DNA of 64,000 nt from Bugula neritina (Eukaryota; Animalia; Bryozoa). Under the pieces are notes generated by a model. That model saw nothing but the letters and a program-made list of their open reading frames with translations, made no database searches and was not told where the DNA came from. Position numbers and translations under genes: made by a program. Shown one piece after another: positions 28,238 to 46,200 of this stretch (positions are counted from its first letter, which is position 1; each line of letters begins with the position of its first letter). The stretch lies in the NCBI GenBank assembly GCA_964035545.1, contig CAXIUT010000097.1, forward strand, positions 496,001 to 560,000. Reading direction: 5' to 3'.

Positions 28238-31200
28238 ATACTGAAATACACTGCTACATACTGAAATATACTGCAACACACAGCAACATACTGCAACATA
28301 CTAAAATACACTGTAACATATTGGAATACACTGCAACACATTGAAATATACTGCAAAATACTGAAACACACTGCTACATACTGAAATATACTGCGACACA
28401 CCGCAACATACAGCAACGTACTAAAATACACTGTAACATATTGAAATAGACTGCAACACATTGAAATATACTGCAATGTACCGAAATATATGGTAAACTA
28501 CTGAAATATACTGTCACACATTGAAAAACACTGCAACATACTGAAATATACTGCGACACATTGCAATATACTGTAACATACTGAAATATGCTGTATCACA
28601 CTGAAATACACTGCAACTCACTGAAATATACTGCAACATACTGAAATACACTGTAACATTTTGAAATATACTGCAACATACTGAAATACAGTGCTACATA
28701 CTGAACTATACTGCAACATACTGCAACATAGTGAAATACACTGCAACATACTGCAAGATAGTGAAATACACTGTAACATACTGAAATACACCGCAAAATA
28801 CTACAACATATTGAAATGCACTGTAACATATTGAAATACACTGCAACACATTGAAATATACTGCAACATACCTAATTATACGGTAATATACCAAAATATA
28901 CTGTAACACATCAAAAAATACTGCAACATACTGAAATACACTGCAACACACCGAAAAACACTGAAAATACTGTAACACACTGAAATATACTGCAAAATAC
29001 TGAAATATACTGCAAAATACTGAAATACACTGCTACATACTGAAATATACTGCAACACACCGCAACATACTGCAACATACTAAAGTATACTGCAACATAC
29101 TGAAATACACTGCAAAATACTAAAATACACTATAACATACTGAAATATACTGCAACATACTGAAATACACTGCTATATACTGAAATACACTGCAACACAC
29201 TACAACATACTGCAACATGCTAAAAGCTGCAACTTACTGAAATACACTGCTACATACTGAAATATACTGCAACACACAGCAACATACTGCAACATACTAA
29301 AATACACTGTAACATATTGGAATACACTGCAACACATTGAAATATACTGCAAATACTGAAATACACTGCTACATACTGAAATATTTTGCAACACACTGCA
29401 ACATACTGCAACATACTAAAGTATACTGCAACATACTGAAATACACTGCAGAATACTGAAATACACTGTAACATACTGAAATATAATGCAAAATACTGAA
29501 ATACATTGCTACATACTGAAATATACTGCAACACACTGCGACATACTGCAACATACTAAAATACACTGTAACATATTGAAATACACTGCAACACATTGAA
29601 ATATACTGCAATGTACCGAAATATATGGTAAACTACTGAAATATACTGTCACACATTCAAAAATACTGCAACATACTGAAATATACTGCGACACATTGCA
29701 ATATACTGTAACGTACTGAAATATGCTGTAGCACATTGAAATACACTGCAACTCACTGAAATATACTGCAACATACTGAAATACACTGTAACATATTGAA
29801 ATATACTGCAACATACTGAAATACACTGTAACATACTGAAAAACACTGCAACATACTACAACATATTGAAATACACTGCAACACATTGAAATATACTGCA
29901 AAATACTTAAATATACGGTGATATACCAAAATAAACTGTAACACATTTAAAAATACTGCAACACACTGAAATACACTGCAACACTCTGAAATACACTGCA
30001 AAATACTGTAACACACTGAAATATACTGCAACACACTGCAACATACTGCAACATACTAGAATACACTGTAACATATTGAAATATACTGCAACATACTGAA
30101 ATACACTGCTACATACTGAAATATACTGCAACACACTACAATATACTGCAACATGCTAAAATATACTGCAACATACTGAAATACCCTGCAAAATACTGAA
30201 ATACACTGTAACATACTGAAGTATACTGCAACATACTGAAATACACTGCTACATACTGAAATATACTGCAACACACTGCGACATACTGCAACATACTAAA
30301 ATACACTGTAACATATTGAAATACACTGCAACACATTGAAATATACTGCAATGTACCGAAATATATGGTAAACTACTGAAATATACTGTCACACATTGAA
30401 AAACACTGCAAAATACTGAAATATACTGCGACACATTGCAATATACTGTAACATACTGAAATATGCTGTATCACACTGAAATACACTGCAACTCACTGAA
30501 ATATACTGCAACATACTGAAATACACTGTAACATATTGAAATATACTGCAACATACTGAAATACAGTGCTACATACTGAAATATACTGCAACATACTGCA
30601 ACATAGTGAAATACACTGCAACATACTGCAAGATAGTGAAATACACTGTAACATACTGAAATACACCGCAAAATACTACAACATATTGAAATGCACTGTA
30701 ACATATTGAAATACACTGCAACACATTGAAATATACTGCAACATACCTAATTATACGGTAATATACCAAAATATACTGTAACACATCGAAAAATACTGCA
30801 ACATACTGAAATACACTGCAACACACCGAAAAACACTGAAAATACTGTAACACACTGAAATATACTGCAAAATACTGAAATATACTGCAAAATACTGAAA
30901 TACACTGCTACATACTGAAATATACTGCAACACACCGCAACATACTGCAACATACTAAAGTATACTGCAACATACTGAAATACACTGCAAAATACTAAAA
31001 TACACTATAACATACTGAAATATACTGCAACATACTGAAATACACTGCTATATACTGAAATACACTGCAACACACTACAACATACTGCAACATGCTAAAA
31101 GCTGCCACTTACTGAAATACACTGCTACATACTGAAATATACTGCAACACACAGCAACATACTGCAACATACTAAAATACACTGTAACATATTGGAATAC

Positions 31201-34200
31201 ACTGCAACACATTGAAATATACTGCAAAATACTGAAATACACTGCTACATACTGAAATATTTTGCAACACACTGCAACATACTGCAACATACTAAAGTAT
31301 ACTGCAACATACTGAAATATACTGCAACATACTGAAATACACTGTAACATATTGAAATATACTGCAACATACTGAAATACACTGTAACATACTGAAAAAC
31401 ACTGCAACATACTACAACATACCTAAATATACGGTGATATACCAAAATAAACTGTAACACATTTAAAAATACTGCAACATACTGAAATACACTGCAACAC
31501 TCTGAAATACACTGCAAAATACTGTAACACACTGAAATATACTGCAACACACTGCAACATACTGCAACATACTAGAATACACTGTAACATATTGAAATAT
31601 ACTGCAACATACTGAAATACACTGCTATATACTGAAATATACTGCAACACACTACAATATACTGCAACATGCTATAATATACTGCAACATACTGAAATAC
31701 CCTGCAAAATACTGAAATACACTGTAACATACTGAAGTATACTGCAACATACTGAAATACACTGCTACATACTGAAATATACTGCAACACACAGCAACAT
31801 ACTGCAACATACTAAAATACACTGTAACATATTGGAATACACTGCAACACACTGAAATATACTGCAAAATACTGAAATACACTGCTACATACTGAAATTT
31901 ACTGCGACACACTGCAACATACTGCAACATACTAAAATGCACTGTAACATAGTGAAATAGACTGCAACACATTGAAATATACTGCAAAATACTGAAATAC
32001 ACTGCTATATACTGAAATACACTGCAACACACTACAACATACTGCAACATGCTAAAATATACTGCAACATACTGAAATACACTGCAAAATACTGAAATAC
32101 ACTGTAACATACTGAAGTATACTGCAACATACTGAAATACACTGCTACATACTGAAATATACTGCAACACACAGCAACATACTGCAACATACTAAAATAC
32201 ACTGTAACATATTGGAATACACTGCAACACATTGAAATATACTGCAAAATACTGAAACACACTGCTACATACTGAAATATACTGCGACACACCGCAACAT
32301 ACCGCAACGTACTAAAATACACTGTAACATATTGAAATAGACTGCAACACATTGAAATATACTGCAATGTACCGAAATATATGGTAAACTACTGAAATAT
32401 ACTGTCACACATTGAAAAACACTGCAACATACTGAAATATACTGCGACACATTGCAATATACTGTAACATACTGAAATATGCTGTATCACACTGAAATAC
32501 ACTGCAACTCACTGAAATATACTGCAACATACTGAAATACACTGTAACATATTGAAATATACTGCAACATACTGAAATACAGTGCTACATACTGAAATAT
32601 ACTGCAACATACTGCAACATAGTGAAATACACTGCAACATACTGCAAGATAGTGAAATACAATGTAACATACTGAAATACACCGCAAAATACTACAACAT
32701 ATTGAAATGCACTGTAACATATTGAAATACACTGCAACACATTGAAATATACTGCAACATACCTAATTATACGGTAATATACCAATATATACTGTAACAC
32801 ATCAAAAAATACTGCAACATACTGAAATACACTGCAACACACCGAAAAACACTGAAAATACTGTAACACGCTGAAATATACTGCAAAATACTGAAATATA
32901 CTGCAAAATACTGAAATACACTGCTACATACTGAAATATACTGCAACACACCGCAACATACTGCAACATACTAAAGTATACTGCAACATACTGAAATACA
33001 CTGCAAAATACTAAAATACACTATAACATACTGAAATATACTGCAACATACTGAAATACACTGCTATATACTGAAATACACTGCAACACACTACAACATA
33101 CTGCAACATGCTAAAAGCTGCAACTTACTGAAATACACTGCTACATACTGAAATATACTGCAACACACAGCAACATACTGCAACATACTAAAATACACTG
33201 TAACATATTGGAATACACTGCAACACATTGAAATATACTGCAAATACTGAAATACACTGCTACATACTGAAATATTTTGCAACACACTGCAACATACTGC
33301 AACATACTAAAGTATACTGCAACATACTGAAATACACTGCAGAATACTGAAATACACTGTAACATACTGAAATATAATGCAAAATACTGAAATACATTGC
33401 TACATACTGAAATATACTGCAACACACTGCGACATACTGCAACATACTAAAATACACTGTAACATATTGAAATACACTGCAACACATTGAAATATACTGC
33501 AATGTACCGAAATATATGGTAAACTACTGAAATATACTGTCACACATTCAAAAATACTGCAACATACTGAAATATACTGCGACACATTGCAATATACTGT
33601 AACGTACTGAAATATGCTGTAGCACATTGAAATACACTGCAACTCACTGAAATATACTGCAACATACTGAAATACACTGTAACATATTGAAATATACTGC
33701 AACATACTGAAATACACTGTAACATACTGAAAAACACTGCAACATACTACAACATATTGAAATACACTGCAACACATTGAAATATACTGCAAAATACCTA
33801 AATATACGGTGATATACCAAAATAAACTGTAACACATTTAAAAATACTGCAACACACTGAAATACACTGCAACACTCTGAAATACACTGCAAAATACTGT
33901 AACACACTGAAATATACTGCAACACACTGCAACATACTGCAACATACTAGAATACACTGTAACATATTGAAATATACTGCAAAATACTGAAATACACTGC
34001 TACATACTGAAATATACTGCAACACACTACAATATACTGCAACATGCTAAAATATACTGCAACATACTGAAATACCCTGCAAAATACTGAAATACACTGT
34101 AACATACTGAAGTATACTGCAACATACTGAAATACACTGCTACATACTGAAATATACTGCAACACACTGCGACATACTGCAACATACTAAAATACACTGT

Positions 34201-37200
34201 AACATATTGAAATACACTGCAACACATTGAAATATACTGCAATGTACCGAAATATATGGTAAACTAATGAAATATACTGTCACACATTGAAAAACACTGC
34301 AAAATACTGAAATATACTGCGACACATTGCAATATACTGTAACATACTGAAATATGCTGTATCACACTGAAATACACTGCAACTCACTGAAATATACTGC
34401 AACATACTGAAATACACTGTAACATATTGAAATATACTGCAACATACTGAAATACAGTGCTACATACTGAAATATACTGCAACATACTGCAACATAGTGA
34501 AATACACTGCAACATACTGCAAGATAGTGAAATACACTGTAACATACTGAAATACACCGCAAAATACTACAACATATTGAAATGCACTGTAACATATTGA
34601 AATACACTGCAACACATTGAAATATACTGCAACATACCTAATTATACGGTAATATACCAAAATATACTGTAACACATCGAAAAAAACTGCAACATACTGA
34701 AATACACTGCAACACACCGAAAAACACTGAAAATACTGTAACACACTGAAATATACTGCAAAATACTGAAATATACTGCAAAATACTGAAATACACTGCT
34801 ACATACTGAAATATACTGCAACACACCGCAACATACTGCAACATACTAAAGTATACTGCAACATACTGAAATACACTGCAAAATACTAAAATACACTATA
34901 ACATACTGAAATATACTGCAACATACTGAAATACACTGCTATATACTGAAATACACTGCAACACACTACAACATACTGCAACATGCTAAAAGCTGCCACT
35001 TACTGAAATACACTGCTACATACTGAAATATACTGCAACACACAGCAACATACTGCAACATACTAAAATACACTGTAACATATTGGAATACACTGCAACA
35101 CATTGAAATATACTGCAAAATACTGAAATACACTGCTACATACTGAAATATTTTGCAACACACTGCAACATACTGCAACATACTAAAGTATACTGCAACA
35201 TACTGAAATATACTGCAACATACTGAAATACACTGTAACATATTGAAATATACTGCAACATACTGAAATACACTGTAACATACTGAAAAACACTGCAACA
35301 TACTACAACATATTGAAATACACTGCAACACATTGAAATATACTGCAAAATACTGAAATACACTGCTACATACTGAAATATTTTGCAACACACTGCAACA
35401 TACTGCAACATACTAAAGTATACTGCAACATACTGAAATATACTGCAACATACTGAAATACACTGTAACATACTGAAAAACACTGCAACATACTACAACA
35501 TACCTAAATATACGGTGATATACCAAAATAAACTGTAACACATTTAAAAATACTGCAACATACTGAAATACACTGCAACACTCTGAAATACACTGCAAAA
35601 TACTGTAACACACTGAAATATACTGCAACACACTGCAACATACTGCAACATACTAGAATACACTGTAACATATTGAAATATACTGCAACATACTGAAATA
35701 CACTGCTATATACTGAAATATACTGCAACACACTACAATATACTGCAACATGCTATAATATACTGCAACATACTGAAATACCCTGCAAAATACTGAAATA
35801 CACTGTAACATACTGAAGTATACTGCAACATACTGAAATACACTGCTACATACTGAAATATACTGCAACACACAGCAACATACTGCAACATACTAAAATA
35901 CACTGTAACATATTGGAATACACTGCAACACACTGAAATATACTGCAAAATACTGAAATACACTGCTACATACTGAAATTTACTGCGACACACTGCAACA
36001 TACTGCAACATACTAAAATGCACTGTAACATAGTGAAATAGACTGCAACACATTGAAATATACTGCAAAATACTGAAATACACTGCTATATACTGAAATA
36101 CACTGCAACACACTACAACATACTGCAACATGCTAAAATATACTGCAACATACTGAAATACACTGCAAAATACTGAAATACACTGTAACATACTGAAGTA
36201 TACTGCAACATACTGAAATACACTGCTACATACTGAAATATACTGCAACACACAGCAACATACTGCAACATACTAAAATACACTGTAACATATTGGAATA
36301 CACTGCAACACATTGAAATATACTGCAAAATACTGAAACACACTGCTACATACTGAAATATACTGCGACACACCGCAACATACCGCAACGTACTAAAATA
36401 CACTGTAACATATTGAAATAGACTGCAACACATTGAAATATACTGCAATGTACCGAAATATATGGTAAAGTACTGAAATATACTGTCACACATTGAAAAA
36501 CACTGCAACATACTGAAATATACTGCGACACATTGCAATATACTGTAACATACTGAAATATGCTGTATCACACTGAAATACACTGCAACTCACTGAAATA
36601 TACTGCAACATACTGAAATACACTGTAACATATTGAAATATACTGCAACATACTGAAATACAGTGCTACATACTGAAATATACTGCAACATACTGCAACA
36701 TAGTGAAATACACTGCAACATACTGCAAGATAGTGAAATACACTGTAACATACTGAAATACACAGCAAAATACTACAACATATTGAAATGCACTGTAACA
36801 TATTGAAATACACTGCAACACATTGAAATATACTGCAACATACCTAATTATACGTAATATACCAAAATATACTGTAACACATCAAAAAATACTGCAACAT
36901 ACTGAAATACACTGCAACACACCGAAAAACACTGAAAATACTGTAACACACTGAAATATACTGCAAAATACTGAAATATACTGCAAAATACTGAAATACA
37001 CTGCTACATACTGAAATATACTGCAACACACCGCAACATACTGCAACATACTAAAGTATACTGCAACATACTGAAATACACTGCAAAATACTAAAATACA
37101 CTATAACATACTGAAATATACTGCAACATACTGAAATACACTGCTATATACTGAAATACACTGCAACACACTACAACATACTGCAACATGCTAAAAGCTG

Positions 37201-40200
37201 CAACTTACTGAAATACACTGCTACATACTGAAATATACTGCAACACACAGCAACATACTGCAACATACTAAAATACACTGTAACATATTGGAATACACTG
37301 CAACACATTGAAATATACTGCAAATACTGAAATACACTGCTACATACTGAAATATTTTGCAACACACTGCAACATACTGCAACATACTAAAGTATACTGC
37401 AACATACTGAAATACACTGCAGAATACTGAAATACACTGTAACATACTGAAATATAATGCAAAATACTGAAATACATTGCTACATACTGAAATATACTGC
37501 AACACACTGCGACATACTGCAACATACTAAAATACACTGTAACATATTGAAATACACTGCAACACATTGAAATATACTGCAATGTACCGAAATATATGGT
37601 AAACTACTGAAATATACTGTCACACATTCAAAAATACTGCAACATACTGAAATATACTGCGACACATTGCAATATACTGTAACGTACTGAAATATGCTGT
37701 AGCACATTGAAATACACTGCAACTCACTGAAATATACTGCAACATACTGAAATACACTGTAACATATTGAAATATACTGCAACATACTGAAATACACTGT
37801 AACATACTGAAAAACACTGCAACATACTACAACATATTGAAATACACTGCAACACATTGAAATATACTGCAAAATACCTAAATATACGGTGATATACCAA
37901 AATAAACTGTAACACATTTAAAAATACTGCAACACACTGAAATACACTGCAACACTCTGAAATACACTGCAAAATACTGTAACACACTGAAATATGCTGC
38001 AACACACTGCAACATACTGCAACATACTAGAATACACTGTAACATATTGAAATATACTGCAAAATACTGAAATACACTGCTACATACTGAAATATACTGC
38101 AACACACTACAATATACTGCAACATGCTAAAATATACTGCAACATACTGAAATACCCTGCAAAATACTGAAATACACTGTAACATACTGAAGTATACTGC
38201 AACATACTGAAATACACTGCTACATACTGAAATATACTGCAACACACTGCGACATACTGCAACATACTAAAATACACTGTAACATATTGAAATACACTGC
38301 AACACATTGAAATATACTGCAATGTACCGAAATATATGGTAAACTACTGAAATATACTGTCACACATTGAAAAACACTGCAAAATACTGAAATATACTGC
38401 GACACATTGCAATATACTGTAACATACTGAAATATGCTGTATCACACTGAAATACACTGCAACTCACTGAAATATACTGCAACATACTGAAATACACTGT
38501 AACATATTGAAATATACTGCAACATACTGAAATACAGTGCTACATACTGAAATATACTGCAACATACTGCAACATAGTGAAATACACTGCAACATACTGC
38601 AAGATAGTGAAATACACTGTAACATACTGAAATACACCGCAAAATACTACAACATATTGAAATGCACTGTAACATATTGAAATACACTGCAACACATTGA
38701 AATATACTGCAACATACCTAATTATACGGTAATATACCAAAATATACTGTAACACATCGAAAAATACTGCAACATACTGAAATACACTGCAACACACCGA
38801 AAAACACTGAAAATACTGTAACACACTGAAATATACTGCAAAATACTGAAATATACTGCAAAATACTGAAATACACTGCTACATACTGAAATATACTGCA
38901 ACACACCGCAACATACTGCAACATACTAAAGTATACTGCAACATACTGAAATACACTGCAAAATACTAAAATACACTATAACATACTGAAATATACTGCA
39001 ACATACTGAAATACACTGCTATATACTGAAATACACTGCAACACACTACAACATACTGCAACATGCTAAAAGCTGCCACTTACTGAAATACACTGCTACA
39101 TACTGAAATATACTGCAACACACAGCAACATACTGCAACATACTAAAATACACTGTAACATATTGGAATACACTGCAACACATTGAAATATACTGCAAAA
39201 TACTGAAATACACTGCTACATACTGAAATATTTTGCAACACACTGCAACATACTGCAACATACTAAAGTATACTGCAACATACTGAAATATACTGCAACA
39301 TACTGAAATACACTGTAACATATTGAATGATACTGCAACATACTGAAATACACTGTAACATACTGAAAAACACTGCAACATACTACAACATATTGAAATA
39401 CACTGCAACACATTGAAATATACTGCAACATACCTAAATATACGGTGATATACCAAAATAAACTGTAAAACATTTAAAAATACTGCAACATACTGAAATA
39501 CACTGCAACACTCTGAAATACTCTGCAAAATACTGTAACACACTGAAATATACTGCAACACACTGCAACATACTGCAACATACTAGAATACACTGTAACA
39601 TATTGAAATATACTGCAACATACTGAAATACACTGCTATATACTGAAATATACTGCAACACACTACAATATACTGCAACATGCTATAATATACTGCAACA
39701 TACTGAAATACCCTGCAAAATACTGAAATACACTGTAACATACTGAAGTATACTGCAACATACTGAAATACACTGCTACATACTGAAATATACTGCAACA
39801 CACAGCAACATACTGCAACATACTAAAATACACTGTAACATATTGGAATACACTGCAACACACTGAAATATACTGCAAAATACTGAAATACACTGCTACA
39901 TACTGAAATTTACTGCGACACACTGCAACATACTGCAACATACTAAAATGCACTGTAACATAGTGAAATAGACTGCAACACATTGAAATATACTGCAAAA
40001 TACTGAAATACACTGCTATATACTGAAATACACTGCAACACACTACAACATACTGCAACATGCTAAAATATACTGCAACATACTGAAATACACTGCAAAA
40101 TACTGAAATACACTGTAACATACTGAAGTATACTGCAACATACTGAAATACACTGCTACATACTGAAATATACTGCAACACACAGCAACATACTGCAACA

Positions 40201-43200
40201 TACTAAAATACACTGTAACATATTGGAATACACTGCAACACATTGAAATATACTGCAAAATACTGAAATACACTGCTACATACTGAAATATACTGCGACA
40301 CACCGCAACATACCGCAACGTACTAAAATACACTGTAACATATTGAAATAGACTGCAACACATTGAAATATACTGCAAAATACTGAAATACACTGCTACA
40401 TACTGAAATATACTGCAACACACTGCAACATACTGCAACATACTAAAATATACTGCAACATACTGAAATACACTGTAACATACTGAAATATACTGCAAAA
40501 TACTGAAATACACTGCTACATACTGAAATATACTGCAACACACTGCGACATACTGCAACATACTAAAATACACTGTAACATATTGAAATACACTGCAACA
40601 CATTGAAATATACTGCAATGTACCGAAATATATGGTAAACTACTGAAATATACTGTCACACATTGAAAATCACTGCAACATACTGAAATATACTGCGACA
40701 CATTGCAATATACTGTAACATACTAAAATATGCTGTAGCACACTGAAATACACTGCAACTCACTGAAATATACTGCAACATACTGAAATACACTGTAACA
40801 TATTGAAATATACTGCAACATACTGCAACATACTGCAACATACTAAAATATACTGCAACATACTGAAATACACTGCAGAATACTGAAATACACTGTAACA
40901 TACTGAAATATACTGCAAAATACTGAAATACACTGCTACATACTGAAATATACTGCAACACACAGCAACATACTGCAACATACTAAAATACACTGTAACA
41001 TATTGGAATACACTGCAACACATTGAAATATACTGCAAAATACTGAAACACACTGCTACATACTGAAATATACTGCGACACACCGCAACATACAGCAACG
41101 TACTAAAATACACTGTAACATATTGAAATAGACTGCAACACATTGAAATATACTGCAATGTACCGAAATATATGGTAAACTACTGAAATATACTGTCACA
41201 CATTGAAAAACACTGCAACATACTGAAATATACTGCGACACATTGCAATATACTGTAACATACTGAAATATGCTGTATCACACTGAAATACACTGCAACT
41301 CACTGAAATATACTGCAACATACTGAAATACACTGTAACATTTTGAAATATACTGCAACATACTGAAATACAGTGCTACATACTGAACTATACTGCAACA
41401 TACTGCAACATAGTGAAATACACTGCAACATACTGCAAGATAGTGAAATACACTGTAACATACTGAAATACACCGCAAAATACTACAACATATTGAAATG
41501 CACTGTAACATATTGAAATACACTGCAACACATTGAAATATACTGCAACATACCTAATTATACGGTAATATACCAAAATATACTGTAACACATCAAAAAA
41601 TACTGCAACATACTGAAATACACTGCAACACACCGAAAAACACTGAAAATACTGTAACACACTGAAATATACTGCAAAATACTGAAATATACTGCAAAAT
41701 ACTGAAATACACTGCTACATACTGAAATATACTGCAACACACCGCAACATACTGCAACATACTAAAGTATACTGCAACATACTGAAATACACTGCAAAAT
41801 ACTAAAATACACTATAACATACTGAAATATACTGCAACATACTGAAATACACTGCTATATACTGAAATACACTGCAACACACTACAACATACTGCAACAT
41901 GCTAAAAGCTGCAACTTACTGAAATACACTGCTACATACTGAAATATACTGCAACACACAGCAACATACTGCAACATACTAAAATACACTGTAACATATT
42001 GGAATACACTGCAACACATTGAAATATACTGCAAATACTGAAATACACTGCTACATACTGAAATATTTTGCAACACACTGCAACATACTGCAACATACTA
42101 AAGTATACTGCAACATACTGAAATACACTGCAGAATACTGAAATACACTGTAACATACTGAAATATAATGCAAAATACTGAAATACATTGCTACATACTG
42201 AAATATACTGCAACACACTGCGACATACTGCAACATACTAAAATACACTGTAACATATTGAAATACACTGCAACACATTGAAATATACTGCAATGTACCG
42301 AAATATATGGTAAACTACTGAAATATACTGTCACACATTCAAAAATACTGCAACATACTGAAATATACTGCGACACATTGCAATATACTGTAACGTACTG
42401 AAATATGCTGTAGCACATTGAAATACACTGCAACTCACTGAAATATACTGCAACATACTGAAATACACTGTAACATATTGAAATATACTGCAACATACTG
42501 AAATACACTGTAACATACTGAAAAACACTGCAACATACTACAACATATTGAAATACACTGCAACACATTGAAATATACTGCAAAATACTTAAATATACGG
42601 TGATATACCAAAATAAACTGTAACACATTTAAAAATACTGCAACACACTGAAATACACTGCAACACTCTGAAATACACTGCAAAATACTGTAACACACTG
42701 AAATATACTGCAACACACTGCAACATACTGCAACATACTAGAATACACTGTAACATATTGAAATATACTGCAACATACTGAAATACACTGCTACATACTG
42801 AAATATACTGCAACACACTACAATATACTGCAACATGCTAAAATATACTGCAACATACTGAAATACCCTGCAAAATACTGAAATACACTGTAACATACTG
42901 AAGTATACTGCAACATACTGAAATACACTGCTACATACTGAAATATACTGCAACACACTGCGACATACTGCAACATACTAAAATACACTGTAACATATTG
43001 AAATACACTGCAACACATTGAAATATACTGCAATGTACCGAAATATATGGTAAACTACTGAAATATACTGTCACACATTGAAAAACACTGCAAAATACTG
43101 AAATATACTGCGACACATTGCAATATACTGTAACATACTGAAATATGCTGTATCACACTGAAATACACTGCAACTCACTGAAATATACTGCAACATACTG

Positions 43201-46200
43201 AAATACACTGTAACATATTGAAATATACTGCAACATACTGAAATACAGTGCTACATACTGAAATATACTGCAACATACTGCAACATAGTGAAATACACTG
43301 CAACATACTGCAAGATAGTGAAATACACTGTAACATACTGAAATACACCGCAAAATACTACAACATATTGAAATGCACTGTAACATATTGAAATACACTG
43401 CAACACATTGAAATATACTGCAACATACCTAATTATACGGTAATATACCAAAATATACTGTAACACATCGAAAAATACTGCAACATACTGAAATACACTG
43501 CAACACACCGAAAAACACTGAAAATACTGTAACACACTGAAATATACTGCAAAATACTGAAATATACTGCAAAATACTGAAATACACTGCTACATACTGA
43601 AATATACTGCAACACACCGCAACATACTGCAACATACTAAAGTATACTGCAACATACTGAAATACACTGCAAAATACTAAAATACACTATAACATACTGA
43701 AATATACTGCAACATACTGAAATACACTGCTATATACTGAAATACACTGCAACACACTACAACATACTGCAACATGCTAAAAGCTGCCACTTACTGAAAT
43801 ACACTGCTACATACTGAAATATACTGCAACACACAGCAACATACTGCAACATACTAAAATACACTGTAACATATTGGAATACACTGCAACACATTGAAAT
43901 ATACTGCAAAATACTGAAATACACTGCTACATACTGAAATATTTTGCAACACACTGCAACATACTGCAACATACTAAAGTATACTGCAACATACTGAAAT
44001 ATACTGCAACATACTGAAATACACTGTAACATATTGAAATATACTGCAACATACTGAAATACACTGTAACATACTGAAAAACACTGCAACATACTACAAC
44101 ATACCTAAATATACGGTGATATACCAAAATAAACTGTAACACATTTAAAAATACTGCAACATACTGAAATACACTGCAACACTCTGAAATACACTGCAAA
44201 ATACTGTAACACACTGAAATATACTGCAACACACTGCAACATACTGCAACATACTAGAATACACTGTAACATATTGAAATATACTGCAACATACTGAAAT
44301 ACACTGCTATATACTGAAATATACTGCAACACACTACAATATACTGCAACATGCTATAATATACTGCAACATACTGAAATACCCTGCAAAATACTGAAAT
44401 ACACTGTAACATACTGAAGTATACTGCAACATACTGAAATACACTGCTACATACTGAAATATACTGCAACACACAGCAACATACTGCAACATACTAAAAT
44501 ACACTGTAACATATTGGAATACACTGCAACACACTGAAATATACTGCAAAATACTGAAATACACTGCTACATACTGAAATTTACTGCGACACACTGCAAC
44601 ATACTGCAACATACTAAAATGCACTGTAACATAGTGAAATAGACTGCAACACATTGAAATATACTGCAAAATACTGAAATACACTGCTATATACTGAAAT
44701 ACACTGCAACACACTACAACATACTGCAACATGCTAAAATATACTGCAACATACTGAAATACACTGCAAAATACTGAAATACACTGTAACATACTGAAGT
44801 ATACTGCAACATACTGAAATACACTGCTACATACTGAAATATACTGCAACACACAGCAACATACTGCAACATACTAAAATACACTGTAACATATTGGAAT
44901 ACACTGCAACACATTGAAATATACTGCAAAATACTGAAACACACTGCTACATACTGAAATATACTGCGACACACCGCAACATACCGCAACGTACTAAAAT
45001 ACACTGTAACATATTGAAATAGACTGCAACACATTGAAATATACTGCAATGTACCGAAATATATGGTAAACTACTGAAATATACTGTCACACATTGAAAA
45101 ACACTGCAACATACTGAAATATACTGCGACACATTGCAATATACTGTAACATACTGAAATATGCTGTATCACACTGAAATACACTGCAACTCACTGAAAT
45201 ATACTGCAACATACTGAAATACACTGTAACATATTGAAATATACTGCAACATACTGAAATACAGTGCTACATACTGAAATATACTGCAACATACTGCAAC
45301 ATAGTGAAATACACTGCAACATACTGCAAGATAGTGAAATACAATGTAACATACTGAAATACACCGCAAAATACTACAACATATTGAAATGCACTGTAAC
45401 ATATTGAAATACACTGCAACACATTGAAATATACTGCAACATACCTAATTATACGGTAATATACCAATATATACTGTAACACATCAAAAAATACTGCAAC
45501 ATACTGAAATACACTGCAACACACCGAAAAACACTGAAAATACTGTAACACGCTGAAATATACTGCAAAATACTGAAATATACTGCAAAATACTGAAATA
45601 CACTGCTACATACTGAAATATACTGCAACACACCGCAACATACTGCAACATACTAAAGTATACTGCAACATACTGAAATACACTGCAAAATACTAAAATA
45701 CACTATAACATACTGAAATATACTGCAACATACTGAAATACACTGCTATATACTGAAATACACTGCAACACACTACAACATACTGCAACATGCTAAAAGC
45801 TGCAACTTACTGAAATACACTGCTACATACTGAAATATACTGCAACACACAGCAACATACTGCAACATACTAAAATACACTGTAACATATTGGAATACAC
45901 TGCAACACATTGAAATATACTGCAAATACTGAAATACACTGCTACATACTGAAATATTTTGCAACACACTGCAACATACTGCAACATACTAAAGTATACT
46001 GCAACATACTGAAATACACTGCAGAATACTGAAATACACTGTAACATACTGAAATATAATGCAAAATACTGAAATACATTGCTACATACTGAAATATACT
46101 GCAACACACTGCGACATACTGCAACATACTAAAATACACTGTAACATATTGAAATACACTGCAACACATTGAAATATACTGCAATGTACCGAAATATATG

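Noticed and set aside
9895-41882. The same 4711-bp spacing in both domains (9895/14606 and 37171/41882) as one conserved HOR length
   Set aside because: The internal module order and diagnostic variants differ. Lengths are quantised (multiples of 10 minus a few fixed deletions), so coincidence is likely.
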